From the NCBI GenBank assembly GCA_943788515.1, contig CALSQM010000003.1, forward strand, positions 155,123 to 219,122: 64,000 nt of DNA, given 5' to 3'. Below, in pieces: positions 32,239 through 44,060 of the stretch (positions within the stretch are counted from its first letter, which is position 1; each line of letters begins with the position of its first letter). This DNA is from an uncultured SAR86 cluster bacterium. GTDB lineage: Bacteria > Pseudomonadota > Gammaproteobacteria > Magnimaribacterales > D2472. The notes beneath the pieces were generated by a model. The model did not search any database and was not told where the DNA came from. It worked only from the letters and a program-made list of their open reading frames with translations. The position numbers were made by a program, and so were the translations under genes.

Positions 32239-33447
32239 ATGGCAATTGAAATTAAATCTCCAACTTTTCCTGAATCTATTGCAGATGGAACGGTCGCGAA
32301 CTGGTTAAAGCAAGAAGGAGAAAGTGTTAATCAGGATGAGGTTATAGCTGAAATTGAAACCGATAAGGTTGTTTTAGAAGTTGTTGCTCCATCGGATGGC
32401 TTTGTTTCAAAAATTTTAAAAGTTGAGGGGGATATAGTAAATAGCTCCGAAGTTATTGGTGAGTTTTCTGAATCAGATGCAACGAACGCATCTCAATCTT
32501 TTAAAGTAGAAAAGTTAGTTGAAAAAAATGATGAGACTTCAGCAGCATCAGAGCAAGAACCTCAAAAAACTACCAACAAGAATGGGCCAGCTGCAAATAA
32601 GCTTATCTCAGAAAATAATCTAGACGCTTCATCTATTAAAGCATCAGGTAAAGATAATAGAATTACTAAGGCAGATGTAGTAAATCATTTAGATGCCAAG
32701 GATCAAGCCCCTAAAATAGATCATAATTTATCTCAATCGGTATCAAACAGACCCGAAAAAAGAGTTTCGATGACTCGTTTAAGAAGCACTATCGCAAAGA
32801 GGTTGGTCAGTGTTCAACAAGAAACAGCAATGCTAACTACATTTAATGAAGTTGATATGCTGCCTATAAAAGAATTACGAGCAAAGTATGGTCAAGAATT
32901 TGAGAAGCAGCATGGTGTAAAGCTTGGCTTCATGGGATTTTTTGTTATAGCTGCAGTTCAGGCTCTAAAAAAATCTCCAATTGTTAATGCTTCTATTGAT
33001 GGCGGTGATGTTGTCTATCATGGTTATCAAGATATAGGAGTTGCAGTCTCTACTGAAAGAGGCTTAGTAGTGCCAATTATTAAAGATGCAGATACAAAAT
33101 CATTACCAGAGTTAGAAAAATCAATACTAGAATATTCAGAAAAAGCCAGAGATGGCAAACTTTCAATTGATGAAATGCAGGGTGGAACATTTACCATATC
33201 AAATGGAGGAGTTTTTGGCTCTTTGTTATCCACACCAATATTGAATGCCCCGCAAACCGCTATATTGGGAATGCATACCATTCAGGAAAGACCGGTTGCA
33301 AGAAATGGTGAAGTTGTTATTAGACCAATGATGTATTTGGCTATGAGTTATGATCACAGGCTTTTGGATGGAAAAGAAGCTGTAAGATTTTTAGTTTCAA
33401 TTAAAGAGCAATTAGAATCTCCTGAAAGATTGCTTTTAAATTTATAA
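32239..33447 (+). CDS. sucB: Dihydrolipoyllysine succinyltransferase E2
   Basis: Lipoyl motif ETDKV; catalytic SYDHRLLDG. Confidence 0.97.
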   Translation: MAIEIKSPTFPESIADGTVANWLKQEGESVNQDEVIAEIETDKVVLEVVAPSDGFVSKILKVEGDIVNSSEVIGEFSESDATNASQSFKVEKLVEKNDETSAASEQEPQKTTNKNGPAANKLISENNLDASSIKASGKDNRITKADVVNHLDAKDQAPKIDHNLSQSVSNRPEKRVSMTRLRSTIAKRLVSVQQETAMLTTFNEVDMLPIKELRAKYGQEFEKQHGVKLGFMGFFVIAAVQALKKSPIVNASIDGGDVVYHGYQDIGVAVSTERGLVVPIIKDADTKSLPELEKSILEYSEKARDGKLSIDEMQGGTFTISNGGVFGSLLSTPILNAPQTAILGMHTIQERPVARNGEVVIRPMMYLAMSYDHRLLDGKEAVRFLVSIKEQLESPERLLLNL

Positions 33448-33451
33448 GTAG

Positions 33452-36035
<2,584 letters not shown>

Positions 36036-36039
<4 letters not shown>

Positions 36040-36908
36040 GTATTTTAGTTAATAAAGACACGAGAGTTATTGTTCAGGGCTTCACTGGTTCGCAGGCAAC
36101 CCTTCATTCAGAGCAAGCCATTGAATATGGAACCAATATTGTTGGAGGAATAACTCCAGGCAAAGGCGGGCAAACCCATTTAGGACAGCCTGTTTTTGAC
36201 ACTATGGAAGAAGCCAAAAAAGTAGTCAATCCAAATGCATCCTTAATCTTTGTCCCAGCACCTTTTTGCAAAGATTCTATCTTGGAAGCTGCCGAGTCTG
36301 GAATAGAGTTAATCATATGCATAACTGAGGGAGTTCCTACCTTAGATATGTTAGACGTTAAAAAAAGGGTTGATGAGCTTGGAATTACTCTTATTGGTCC
36401 AAATTGCCCGGGTGTAATTACTCCCGGTGAAGCGAAGTTAGGTATTATGCCTGCAAGTATTCACATGCCAGGGTCGATTGGGATCATCTCCAGATCTGGA
36501 ACATTAACTTATGAGGCTGTTAAACAAACTACTGATCTAGGTTTAGGTCAAAGTAGCTGTGTTGGAATTGGTGGAGATCCAATCCCAGGCTCTTCATTTA
36601 TTGACATCTTGAAATTGTTTGAAAAAGATGATCAAACAAAAGCTATAGTAATGGTTGGAGAAATTGGTGGAACTGCTGAAGAAGATGCAGCAGAATACAT
36701 TAAAAATAATATTTCTAAACCTGTGATTTCATACATAGCTGGTCAGACTGCTCCAGCTGGAAAAAGAATGGGTCATGCGGGAGCAATTATTGCCGGCGGA
36801 AAAGGTACAGCAGCTGACAAAATATTAAAACTAAAAGAGTGCGGCGTTCATATTGCTGATAATTTAGTAGAGATTGGAGCCAAAGTAGCCGAGGTGCTAA
36901 ATAAATAA
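36036..36908 (+). CDS. sucD: Succinyl-CoA synthetase alpha subunit
   Basis: [22 protein letters not shown]. Confidence 0.98.
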
Positions 36909-36910
36909 AT

Positions 36911-37327
36911 TTGATTTTAATGGATGGCAAGGTAATAGAGGGTAAGGCTTTTTGGTGCTTCTTATATCAACCAGACATTAGGTCTAATCCTCAATGGTCT
37001 CTTAGATTAGTTCCATCAGAAATTGAACAACAGAGATTTAAAAAATCTGGTCATAAAATGAATATGGAAGCTCATAATAATAAGGATTTTGGTCTTTCTG
37101 TTCTTATGCGAAGAAAAGTAAAACACATGGATGATGTTTTAGAAAAACCTTTATTATTTGATCTTAATAAAAAACCTTTAGAATTATTCGAGGAATTACC
37201 TAATGGTTCAAATGTCATGGTTAAATATAGTGAGTGGGAGGGTATCTCTAAGTCAGATAATCTTCTTCATAAAGGGTTGGATTTAATAGCTGTTATTCTG
37301 TTAGATAAAACACCCAGCCTTTTCTAA
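36911..37327 (+). CDS. Hypothetical protein resembling phage T7 gp2.5/Enc34-type ssDNA-binding proteins; alternative ATG at 36920
   Basis: Pattern VIEGKAFW..L.QP...PQWS...RRKV...KPLLFDLNKKPL...NGSNVMVKY..W...KGLDL.AV.LLD, recognised by eye. Confidence 0.55.
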   Translation: MILMDGKVIEGKAFWCFLYQPDIRSNPQWSLRLVPSEIEQQRFKKSGHKMNMEAHNNKDFGLSVLMRRKVKHMDDVLEKPLLFDLNKKPLELFEELPNGSNVMVKYSEWEGISKSDNLLHKGLDLIAVILLDKTPSLF

Positions 37328-38683
37328 TAACTTCTTTACTCTTACAAACTTTTTAATAATCCAATTCAATCTTGTGATTGATAAGAAAGAAAATATTGTT
37401 AAGCCGATAATCATTCCATACCACATGCCAGCTGCTCCCATTGGCTCATTAAGGCCAATTTTTGTAAGGTAATAGCCCATAGGCATGGCAAATACCCAAT
37501 ATGAGATAAAGAGAAGAATCATTGGAATAAAGGTATCTTTATAGCCTCTTAAACTTCCAAGTGCGCCCATTTGAATCCCATCAGGTAGTTGAAAAATTGC
37601 TGCAAATATTAATAAACTGACAGCCAAATCAATAACAAGCGGATCAACAGTATAAAAACCAACGATATAATCTCTGAATATTAATATAACTATACTATTT
37701 AAAAGGGCTGTAAACATACACATATAAATTGTTGAATATGAGGCAACTTTAGCTTGCCTTGGATTATTTTCTCCAATGAGATTGCCGACTCTGGTTGCAG
37801 CTGCAAGACCAACAGATAAAGGTACCATGAAAAATAAACTTGCGATGTTTATAGCTATAGAATGACTAGCTACAACCGTTTCACCCAGTGTTCCTAATAT
37901 TATTGCAGCTCCAGAAAACATGCTTAGCTCAATAAAAATACCTAAACCAATTGGGAAGCCAAGCTTAAAAACTTCTCTAGTTGTTGCTATTGTTGGTGGT
38001 GAAAATTCTGAAAAAGGTTTAGTTTTTTTATATTTCTTTGATATTGCTATATATATAAATAATGTAATCATCATCAAGAAAGCTACTATAGAAGTAGCTA
38101 TACCACATCCTACACCTCCAAGCTTAGGTGCTCCCATCCATCCATATACAAACATCAGATCCAGGGGTATGTTTATTAGCATTCCTACAGCAGCTATACA
38201 AAAAACTGGAATTGTTAATGTCATACCTTCGCTATAACACCTTAGGCAAGTAAAAATAGTAATAAATGTAAAACCAAGCGCAACAGCCTTCAGATAACTT
38301 ATTGATATATCAGTTATATTTTTATCTATGGGTAAAAAATTTAAAATTAAATCCATATTCATAAATAAAAAGCCAATAAAAATTCCGAGAGTAAGAGCTA
38401 TCCATAGTATCTCTCTTAGTTTTTGACCTATTTCATTAAACTTTTTTGCTCCATATAGTTGTGCAACTATTGGAGTGACTGAAAAAATAACACCAGAGAC
38501 AAACATCCATACTGTTGTTGAAAATGCATTACCAACGGCAAGTCCAGCAAGATCACTAGAACTTGCCCTGCCTGCTATTATTGTATCTGTTGCTCCCATT
38601 AGCATATATGACAGCTGCGAGCCAAATATTGGGACACCGATTTTTACAAGCTGCTTGAACTCAGTAATATATTTATTAATCAA
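37301..38683 (-). CDS. MATE family efflux transporter (NorM-like)
   Basis: 12 TM helices; DTIIAGR, PKLGGVGCGIATS, FQLPDGIQ...GSLRGYKDT. Confidence 0.92.
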   Translation of the reverse strand: MINKYITEFKQLVKIGVPIFGSQLSYMLMGATDTIIAGRASSSDLAGLAVGNAFSTTVWMFVSGVIFSVTPIVAQLYGAKKFNEIGQKLREILWIALTLGIFIGFLFMNMDLILNFLPIDKNITDISISYLKAVALGFTFITIFTCLRCYSEGMTLTIPVFCIAAVGMLINIPLDLMFVYGWMGAPKLGGVGCGIATSIVAFLMMITLFIYIAISKKYKKTKPFSEFSPPTIATTREVFKLGFPIGLGIFIELSMFSGAAIILGTLGETVVASHSIAINIASLFFMVPLSVGLAAATRVGNLIGENNPRQAKVASYSTIYMCMFTALLNSIVILIFRDYIVGFYTVDPLVIDLAVSLLIFAAIFQLPDGIQMGALGSLRGYKDTFIPMILLFISYWVFAMPMGYYLTKIGLNEPMGAAGMWYGMIIGLTIFSFLSITRLNWIIKKFVRVKKLLEKAGCFI

Positions 38684-38750
38684 TTTATTATTACACTAAA
38701 TATTTTTTTGCTACTTTATCATATTAAAATAAGTTAACTAGGAGAATATA

Positions 38751-39470
38751 ATCAGAAAAGATAATAGGCCATATTGGTTAAAAAAATTAGCAATGAGGCT
38801 AACCAAGATTTACGTTAATCATTTCTTGAAACCTCAATTTCTTTATTTAGGGCGAGGCGGGGCTTACTTCAAACCCAAATACATAAATGTCTTTGGAGAT
38901 AATATCACCATAGAAGATTACCCAACTCTTATTGGTGCAAGTGATGCAAATATTCAATTTACCTCATGGAATATTGGTCAGTGGAATGGCCAAATAAAAA
39001 TTGGTAAATTTTCTCTTATTACACCTGGTGTAAGGATTATGGCAGCTGAAAGTATTATTATTGGTGATGCTTGCATGATTGCGCACGGTGCCTATATATC
39101 AGATGCTGACTGGCACGGTATATATGATAGGGCAGAGCCTGTTGGTAAAACGAAACCAGTCATTATTAAAGATAATGTTTGGATTGGAGATAGTGCAATC
39201 ATATGCAAAGGGGTAACAATTGGAGATAACAGTATTATTGGGGCAGGGGCCGTTGTAACCAAAGATGTTCCACCAAATTCTGTATTTGCAGGCAATCCAG
39301 CGCAACTAGTTAAGACTCTTGGTGATGTTGAATTTAATACTAGAGCAAATTTCTTAGAAGACCCAATACAACTTGCAAAAGATTTTGATGCATTAGATAA
39401 ATATACTCTTGGAAAAAATACATTTATTGGCTGGCTGATAAGCCTTATCAATCCAAACGACTCCCATTAA
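38751..39470 (+). CDS. Hexapeptide-repeat acyltransferase; probable true start upstream of ATG 38793
   Basis: LbH repeats (IKDNVWIG, VTIGDNSIIGAGAVVTKD), DADWHGIYDR; the open frame and AGGAG SD extend to ATC at 38751. Confidence 0.85.
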   Translation: MRKDNRPYWLKKLAMRLTKIYVNHFLKPQFLYLGRGGAYFKPKYINVFGDNITIEDYPTLIGASDANIQFTSWNIGQWNGQIKIGKFSLITPGVRIMAAESIIIGDACMIAHGAYISDADWHGIYDRAEPVGKTKPVIIKDNVWIGDSAIICKGVTIGDNSIIGAGAVVTKDVPPNSVFAGNPAQLVKTLGDVEFNTRANFLEDPIQLAKDFDALDKYTLGKNTFIGWLISLINPNDSH

Positions 39471-39472
39471 CC

Positions 39473-40516
39473 ATGAGAGTCATTGTTGATAAAGATATAA
39501 AAGGCTTTAAAGATTTAGTTAATGAGCTAGAAGGCTTACAAGATATAGAATTTAAATATGTAACAAGCAAAGAGATAGATAATGATTTATTGATTGATGC
39601 TGAAGTTCTTTTTATAAGGTCAACAACCAAGGTTGATAAAAAGCTTTTAGAAAATTCATCAGTAAAATTTATTGGTTCAGCTACTGCCGGAATTGATCAT
39701 ATTGATATTGATTATTTAGAATCATCTCAGATAAGATGGTTTTACTCTCCTGGATGCAATTCAAGTTCAGTTGTTCATTACCTTCTCTCTTCAATTGGGT
39801 ACTTAAAAAATAAAAATCTTATTCATGAAAATAGCACTTTCGGTATTATTGGGTGCGGAAATATAGGAGAAAAGCTGCGGTTAATATTTAATAAGCTAAA
39901 TATTAGAAATATTATATGTGACCCTTTCAAGGACTTTGACTTCTTATCTTCCATGGAGGAGATTAAACGATGCGAGGTTATTTCTATTCATACTCCTTTA
40001 ACCTTTTCTGGTACTTATCCTACTTATAATATGGTTAATAAAAGTTTTTTAGAGAATTCAAAAGCTAAAACAATAATAAATACCTCAAGAGGATCTATTG
40101 TTAATGAAAAAGACCTATTAGAATTTAGTCATATTAATTATATTTCTGATGTTTGGGAAAATGAGCCAAGTCCAGACATAGAAATTATTAAAAAGGCAAT
40201 TATAGCAACACCTCACATAGCAGGGCATAGCCATGAAGGTAAGGTCAATGGAACTATAAACTTACTTCTAACTTTTTTAGAAGTTGTAGAGATGAGTCAA
40301 GAAAATCTTACTAATAACAAAAAATTTATATCTGATATTTCTCAGAATAAGCTATCTAAAAAGAAGTTTTGTCTCAATGACTTTACTAATTCTTATAATG
40401 TTTTCTCTGAATCCAAAGCATTTAAACAATTAAGCAACAAATTTGATAAATATATTTCAGCAGCAGATTTTAAAAAAATTAGAGGAATGCATGAAATTCG
40501 GCATGATATTTTCTAA
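39473..40516 (+). CDS. pdxB: 4-phosphoerythronate dehydrogenase
   Basis: IRSTTKV, GSATAGIDH, PGCNSSSV, DVWENEP, TPHIAGHS. Confidence 0.88.
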   Translation: MRVIVDKDIKGFKDLVNELEGLQDIEFKYVTSKEIDNDLLIDAEVLFIRSTTKVDKKLLENSSVKFIGSATAGIDHIDIDYLESSQIRWFYSPGCNSSSVVHYLLSSIGYLKNKNLIHENSTFGIIGCGNIGEKLRLIFNKLNIRNIICDPFKDFDFLSSMEEIKRCEVISIHTPLTFSGTYPTYNMVNKSFLENSKAKTIINTSRGSIVNEKDLLEFSHINYISDVWENEPSPDIEIIKKAIIATPHIAGHSHEGKVNGTINLLLTFLEVVEMSQENLTNNKKFISDISQNKLSKKKFCLNDFTNSYNVFSESKAFKQLSNKFDKYISAADFKKIRGMHEIRHDIF

Positions 40517-40698
40517 AAAGGATAGATTGTGTAAAAATAATGCATATATATTAAGGCGAGATATCGAAATATATATATTTTATATATATAATACGTATTT
40601 AAAGTAATATTAAGTCCAAAAAATTACGCACTCTATATTTTGGCACTTAAATTGCATATAGTTTTTATATATACATTTTAATACTAGGGGTAATCGTA

Positions 40699-41097
40699 AT
40701 GAATTCAGCAAAGATCAATGATCGATCTAAAACAGTTGCAAAAAAATTAATCAAGAGAGTGCTAAGCACCTCCATAGACAATCCAAACAATCCTGAGTCA
40801 TTAAGTTTTTTTCAAGCTGATACTTATAGGTTTTATTTTTTAATGAGTTTTATGTGGGAATTCTTTGAGGATAATGAAATTTCTCAGGAATATGCAATTT
40901 CACTTGTACCAAGAAAATTTGCATCCAGAATAAAAAGGCTTCAAGTTTTAAAGCAGGCTGTTCAACTTGGCTATATTCATGAACAATCATCAGAGATCGA
41001 TAAAAGAAGAAGGATGTATGAACCTTCTGATTTATTACTCAATGATTTTATGACTTATGCAGAAAGCACGAATGTTGTTGTAGAAAAAAATTCTTAA
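40699..41097 (+). CDS. Putative winged-helix (MarR-like) DNA-binding protein
   Basis: Helical N-terminus, ASRIKRLQVLKQAVQLGYI recognition-like helix and DKRRRMY wing; own SD (AGGGG). Confidence 0.55.
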   Translation: MNSAKINDRSKTVAKKLIKRVLSTSIDNPNNPESLSFFQADTYRFYFLMSFMWEFFEDNEISQEYAISLVPRKFASRIKRLQVLKQAVQLGYIHEQSSEIDKRRRMYEPSDLLLNDFMTYAESTNVVVEKNS

Positions 41098-41160
41098 AAT
41101 TTATTCTTACAAACTAATTTAGTCCTACCTATATGTATAGTTGTTCATTACAATTATCAC

Positions 41161-41550
41161 ATGACACTAAATAAAGATAATGATTATTGGAGAAATAAGC
41201 TTTCTGAGGAAAGTTATAGAGTAACAAGGGAATCGGGGACTGAAAGTCCATTTACTGGGAAGTATTGGGATTTTGATGAATCTGGTATCTATAATTGCAT
41301 TTGTTGTAATACTCAATTATTTGAATCTGATACAAAGTTTGATGCAGGCTGTGGTTGGCCAAGTTTTTTTATTCCAATGGAAGAGTCATCCATTGAGGAG
41401 GTTGATGATACTTCTCACGGGATGTCTAGAACAGAAGTAAAATGTAAAAATTGTGATGCGCACTTAGGTCATGTATTCAATGATGGCCCTGAACCAACTG
41501 GTTTAAGGTACTGCATAAATTCAGCCTCTATAGATTTCGATAAAAAATAA
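41161..41550 (+). CDS. msrB: Methionine-R-sulfoxide reductase
   Basis: GTE.PF, CxxC pairs, GCGWPSF, HLGHVF.DGP, RYCINS. Confidence 0.97.
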   Translation: MTLNKDNDYWRNKLSEESYRVTRESGTESPFTGKYWDFDESGIYNCICCNTQLFESDTKFDAGCGWPSFFIPMEESSIEEVDDTSHGMSRTEVKCKNCDAHLGHVFNDGPEPTGLRYCINSASIDFDKK

Positions 41551-41558
41551 AGTCAATC

Positions 41559-43106
41559 ATGTCCTCAAAAGAAACTTCATTTTTTAAAGCATTTAAAAAA
41601 GTTGGTCTTTGGACAGGCCTTTCAAGAATTTTTGGACTTATTAGGGATATTTCAACAACAAGCCTGCTTGGTGCTTCTATTTTTCATGATATTTTTGTTG
41701 TTACTTTAAAAATTCCAAATCTTTTTAGAAGATTTTTTGCAGAAGGGGCATTTAATCAGGCTTTTATACCGGTTTACAGTGATTTTCATTCATTAAATAA
41801 TAAAAAAGCTACTAAAGATTTTTTAAATGCGCTTGCGGGATCTTTTCTTTCTATCCTGTTTTTTATAACCATTATAGTTTTGTTGATAACGCCTGTATTT
41901 ATTCTAATTTTTGCTCCAGGTTTTTATTTTGATGATTACAAAAGAGATATAGCTGTAAATGTTTTACAAATTATGTTTCCTTATCTTGCTTTAATATCAC
42001 TAGTAGCATTTGCCGGTGGAATACAAAACACTCATGAAAGATTTTCCTTACCAGCCGCAACACCAATTATATTTAATCTATGTCTAATATTTGCAGCTGT
42101 AGTTATAGCTCCTTTATTTGAAATGCCTATATATGTTTTGGCCTGGGGTGTTCTTTTAGCAGGAATAATACAGCTCTTTATTCAGCTATTTCCTTTAAAA
42201 GCGATTGATAGATTACCAGTACCAAAATTTGATTTCTCAAATACTGGATCGAGAAAGGTTTTTAAATTAATGATTCCTGCAATTTTAGCAGGAGGAATAA
42301 TACAAATTAATCTTTTGGTAGATACAATTTTTGCTTCTCTTTTACAAACTGGAAGCCCGACATGGCTTTATGTCTCAGATAGGTTGATACAACTACCCAT
42401 GGGTATTTTTGCTATAGCAATAGGCACAGTTTTGTTACCTACTCTTTCTAAAATAGATATTAAAAATAACTTGAATGAGTTTGCTCACCAAGTAAAAAAA
42501 GGTCAAAAGTTTGTAATTTTTATTGGAATACCATCGTTCATAGGTCTCTCATTATGTGCAAATGATATTTTGAGCACTATTTTTTTGAGAGGGGAGTTTT
42601 ATGAAAATGATGTATATCAATCATCTAGAAGTTTGATGGCCTTTTCTATAGGACTTCCATTTTTTATGCTTATGAAAGTTCTCACCCCAGCATTTTTTGC
42701 TAGGAAAGATACCAAGACGCCTATGTATATTGCATTACTTTCTCTTTGCTTGAATGCATCTTTAAATTATATTTTGGCGTTTGTTCTTGGCTTTGGTCAT
42801 GTTGGGATAGCTATTGGCAGTTCCATATCTGCGATTATAAGTATATTGGTAATGGAGGCTATTTTGATAAAACAAAATATTGTTCATTTGCAAAGCCCAT
42901 TCAATAGATTTAATGCTTCAATTCTTGTGTCCTCATTATTTTTAATCAGTTTTCTATATGGGTTCTCTCAAATAATAAACTTTTCAACATTGAATCAACT
43001 CGAAAAAGTTTTTTATCTAACTATTGAAATTTGTTTCTCAGTAATTATTTATCTTGGAATCACTAAAATTATTAATGGTAATAGTATAAAAGGAATGCTT
43101 AATTAG
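41559..43106 (+). CDS. murJ: Lipid II flippase MurJ
   Basis: SRIFGLIRD, IPNLFRRFFAEGAF, DRLIQLPMGIF, FFARKDTKTP. Confidence 0.96.
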   Translation: MSSKETSFFKAFKKVGLWTGLSRIFGLIRDISTTSLLGASIFHDIFVVTLKIPNLFRRFFAEGAFNQAFIPVYSDFHSLNNKKATKDFLNALAGSFLSILFFITIIVLLITPVFILIFAPGFYFDDYKRDIAVNVLQIMFPYLALISLVAFAGGIQNTHERFSLPAATPIIFNLCLIFAAVVIAPLFEMPIYVLAWGVLLAGIIQLFIQLFPLKAIDRLPVPKFDFSNTGSRKVFKLMIPAILAGGIIQINLLVDTIFASLLQTGSPTWLYVSDRLIQLPMGIFAIAIGTVLLPTLSKIDIKNNLNEFAHQVKKGQKFVIFIGIPSFIGLSLCANDILSTIFLRGEFYENDVYQSSRSLMAFSIGLPFFMLMKVLTPAFFARKDTKTPMYIALLSLCLNASLNYILAFVLGFGHVGIAIGSSISAIISILVMEAILIKQNIVHLQSPFNRFNASILVSSLFLISFLYGFSQIINFSTLNQLEKVFYLTIEICFSVIIYLGITKIINGNSIKGMLN

Positions 43107-43108
43107 TT

Positions 43109-44059
43109 ATGTATTTAATTAGAGGTAAGCATAATTTAGATTTTTTTAAGGCTCAAGATTTTATTAAAGAACCCCTGCATGGAACCATTGGAAATTTTGA
43201 TGGCATGCATTTAGGCCATCAAGCAATTCTTAGCAACATTAAAAATTCTGCCATTGAAACCAATGGCAAAACTGTAGTTTTTTTTACAGAACCTCATGCT
43301 TCAGAGTTTTTTGCTAGCATGAAATCCAATGATGAGGTTCCTCCAAGGCTCTGTCCATGGAGAGAGAAGTTCAAATTGCTTGATAATTTTGGGATTGATT
43401 TTGGATTTTTTTTAAAATTTAATAATTCCCTTAGACAAATGACCCCCGAGGAGTTTATTCAAAATATTCTTGCTCCTATGAAACTATCCTCATTAACCAT
43501 CGGCGATGACTTTAGGTTTGGAGTTAATAGGCAGGGTGATTTTAACTTACTTCATAGATGGGGCATCAATAACAATATTGAAGTTTCTAATACTGAGACT
43601 TTTAAATATTTAGATGAAAGAGTGAGTAGTACCAGAATAAGAAAGGCAGTCTCTGAGAATAACTTTGATTTAGCAAATGATCTTTTAGGAAGACGATATA
43701 CTTTTTCGGGAAAGATTGTGCATGGTCAACATCTAGGAAGAACAATAGATGTTCCAACTGCTAACTTGTGGCTTCCAAAGCAGAAATTACCCATATCTGG
43801 AGTATATGCAGTTCAATGTATGCTAAACGGGGCATTGCTTGATGGGATTGCAAATATGGGCATACGTCCAACAGTGGGTGGAACCATGCCAGTATTAGAG
43901 GTTCATCTCTTCAATTTTTCACAAGATATATATGCTCAAAGGTTAGAAGTAGATTTTAGGCACAAAATTCGTGAAGAAAAGAAATTTAAGAATCTAGACA
44001 TGTTAAAATCACAGATTAAGAAGGATATAGCGTTAGCAAAAACACTTTTACAAAAATAA
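43109..44059 (+). CDS. ribF: Riboflavin kinase/FAD synthetase
   Basis: IGNFDGMHLGH, GDDFRFG, SSTRIR, PTANL, EVHLF. Confidence 0.96.
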   Translation: MYLIRGKHNLDFFKAQDFIKEPLHGTIGNFDGMHLGHQAILSNIKNSAIETNGKTVVFFTEPHASEFFASMKSNDEVPPRLCPWREKFKLLDNFGIDFGFFLKFNNSLRQMTPEEFIQNILAPMKLSSLTIGDDFRFGVNRQGDFNLLHRWGINNNIEVSNTETFKYLDERVSSTRIRKAVSENNFDLANDLLGRRYTFSGKIVHGQHLGRTIDVPTANLWLPKQKLPISGVYAVQCMLNGALLDGIANMGIRPTVGGTMPVLEVHLFNFSQDIYAQRLEVDFRHKIREEKKFKNLDMLKSQIKKDIALAKTLLQK

Positions 44060-44060
44060 T

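Noticed and set aside
33226-33234. Perfect DnaA box TTATCCACA
   Set aside because: Single copy inside sucB coding sequence with no cluster or adjacent unwinding element; not oriC.
40517-40698. AT-rich tract as a replication origin or CRISPR leader
   Set aside because: No DnaA boxes, no repeat-spacer array and no cas genes; kept only as a possible regulatory region.
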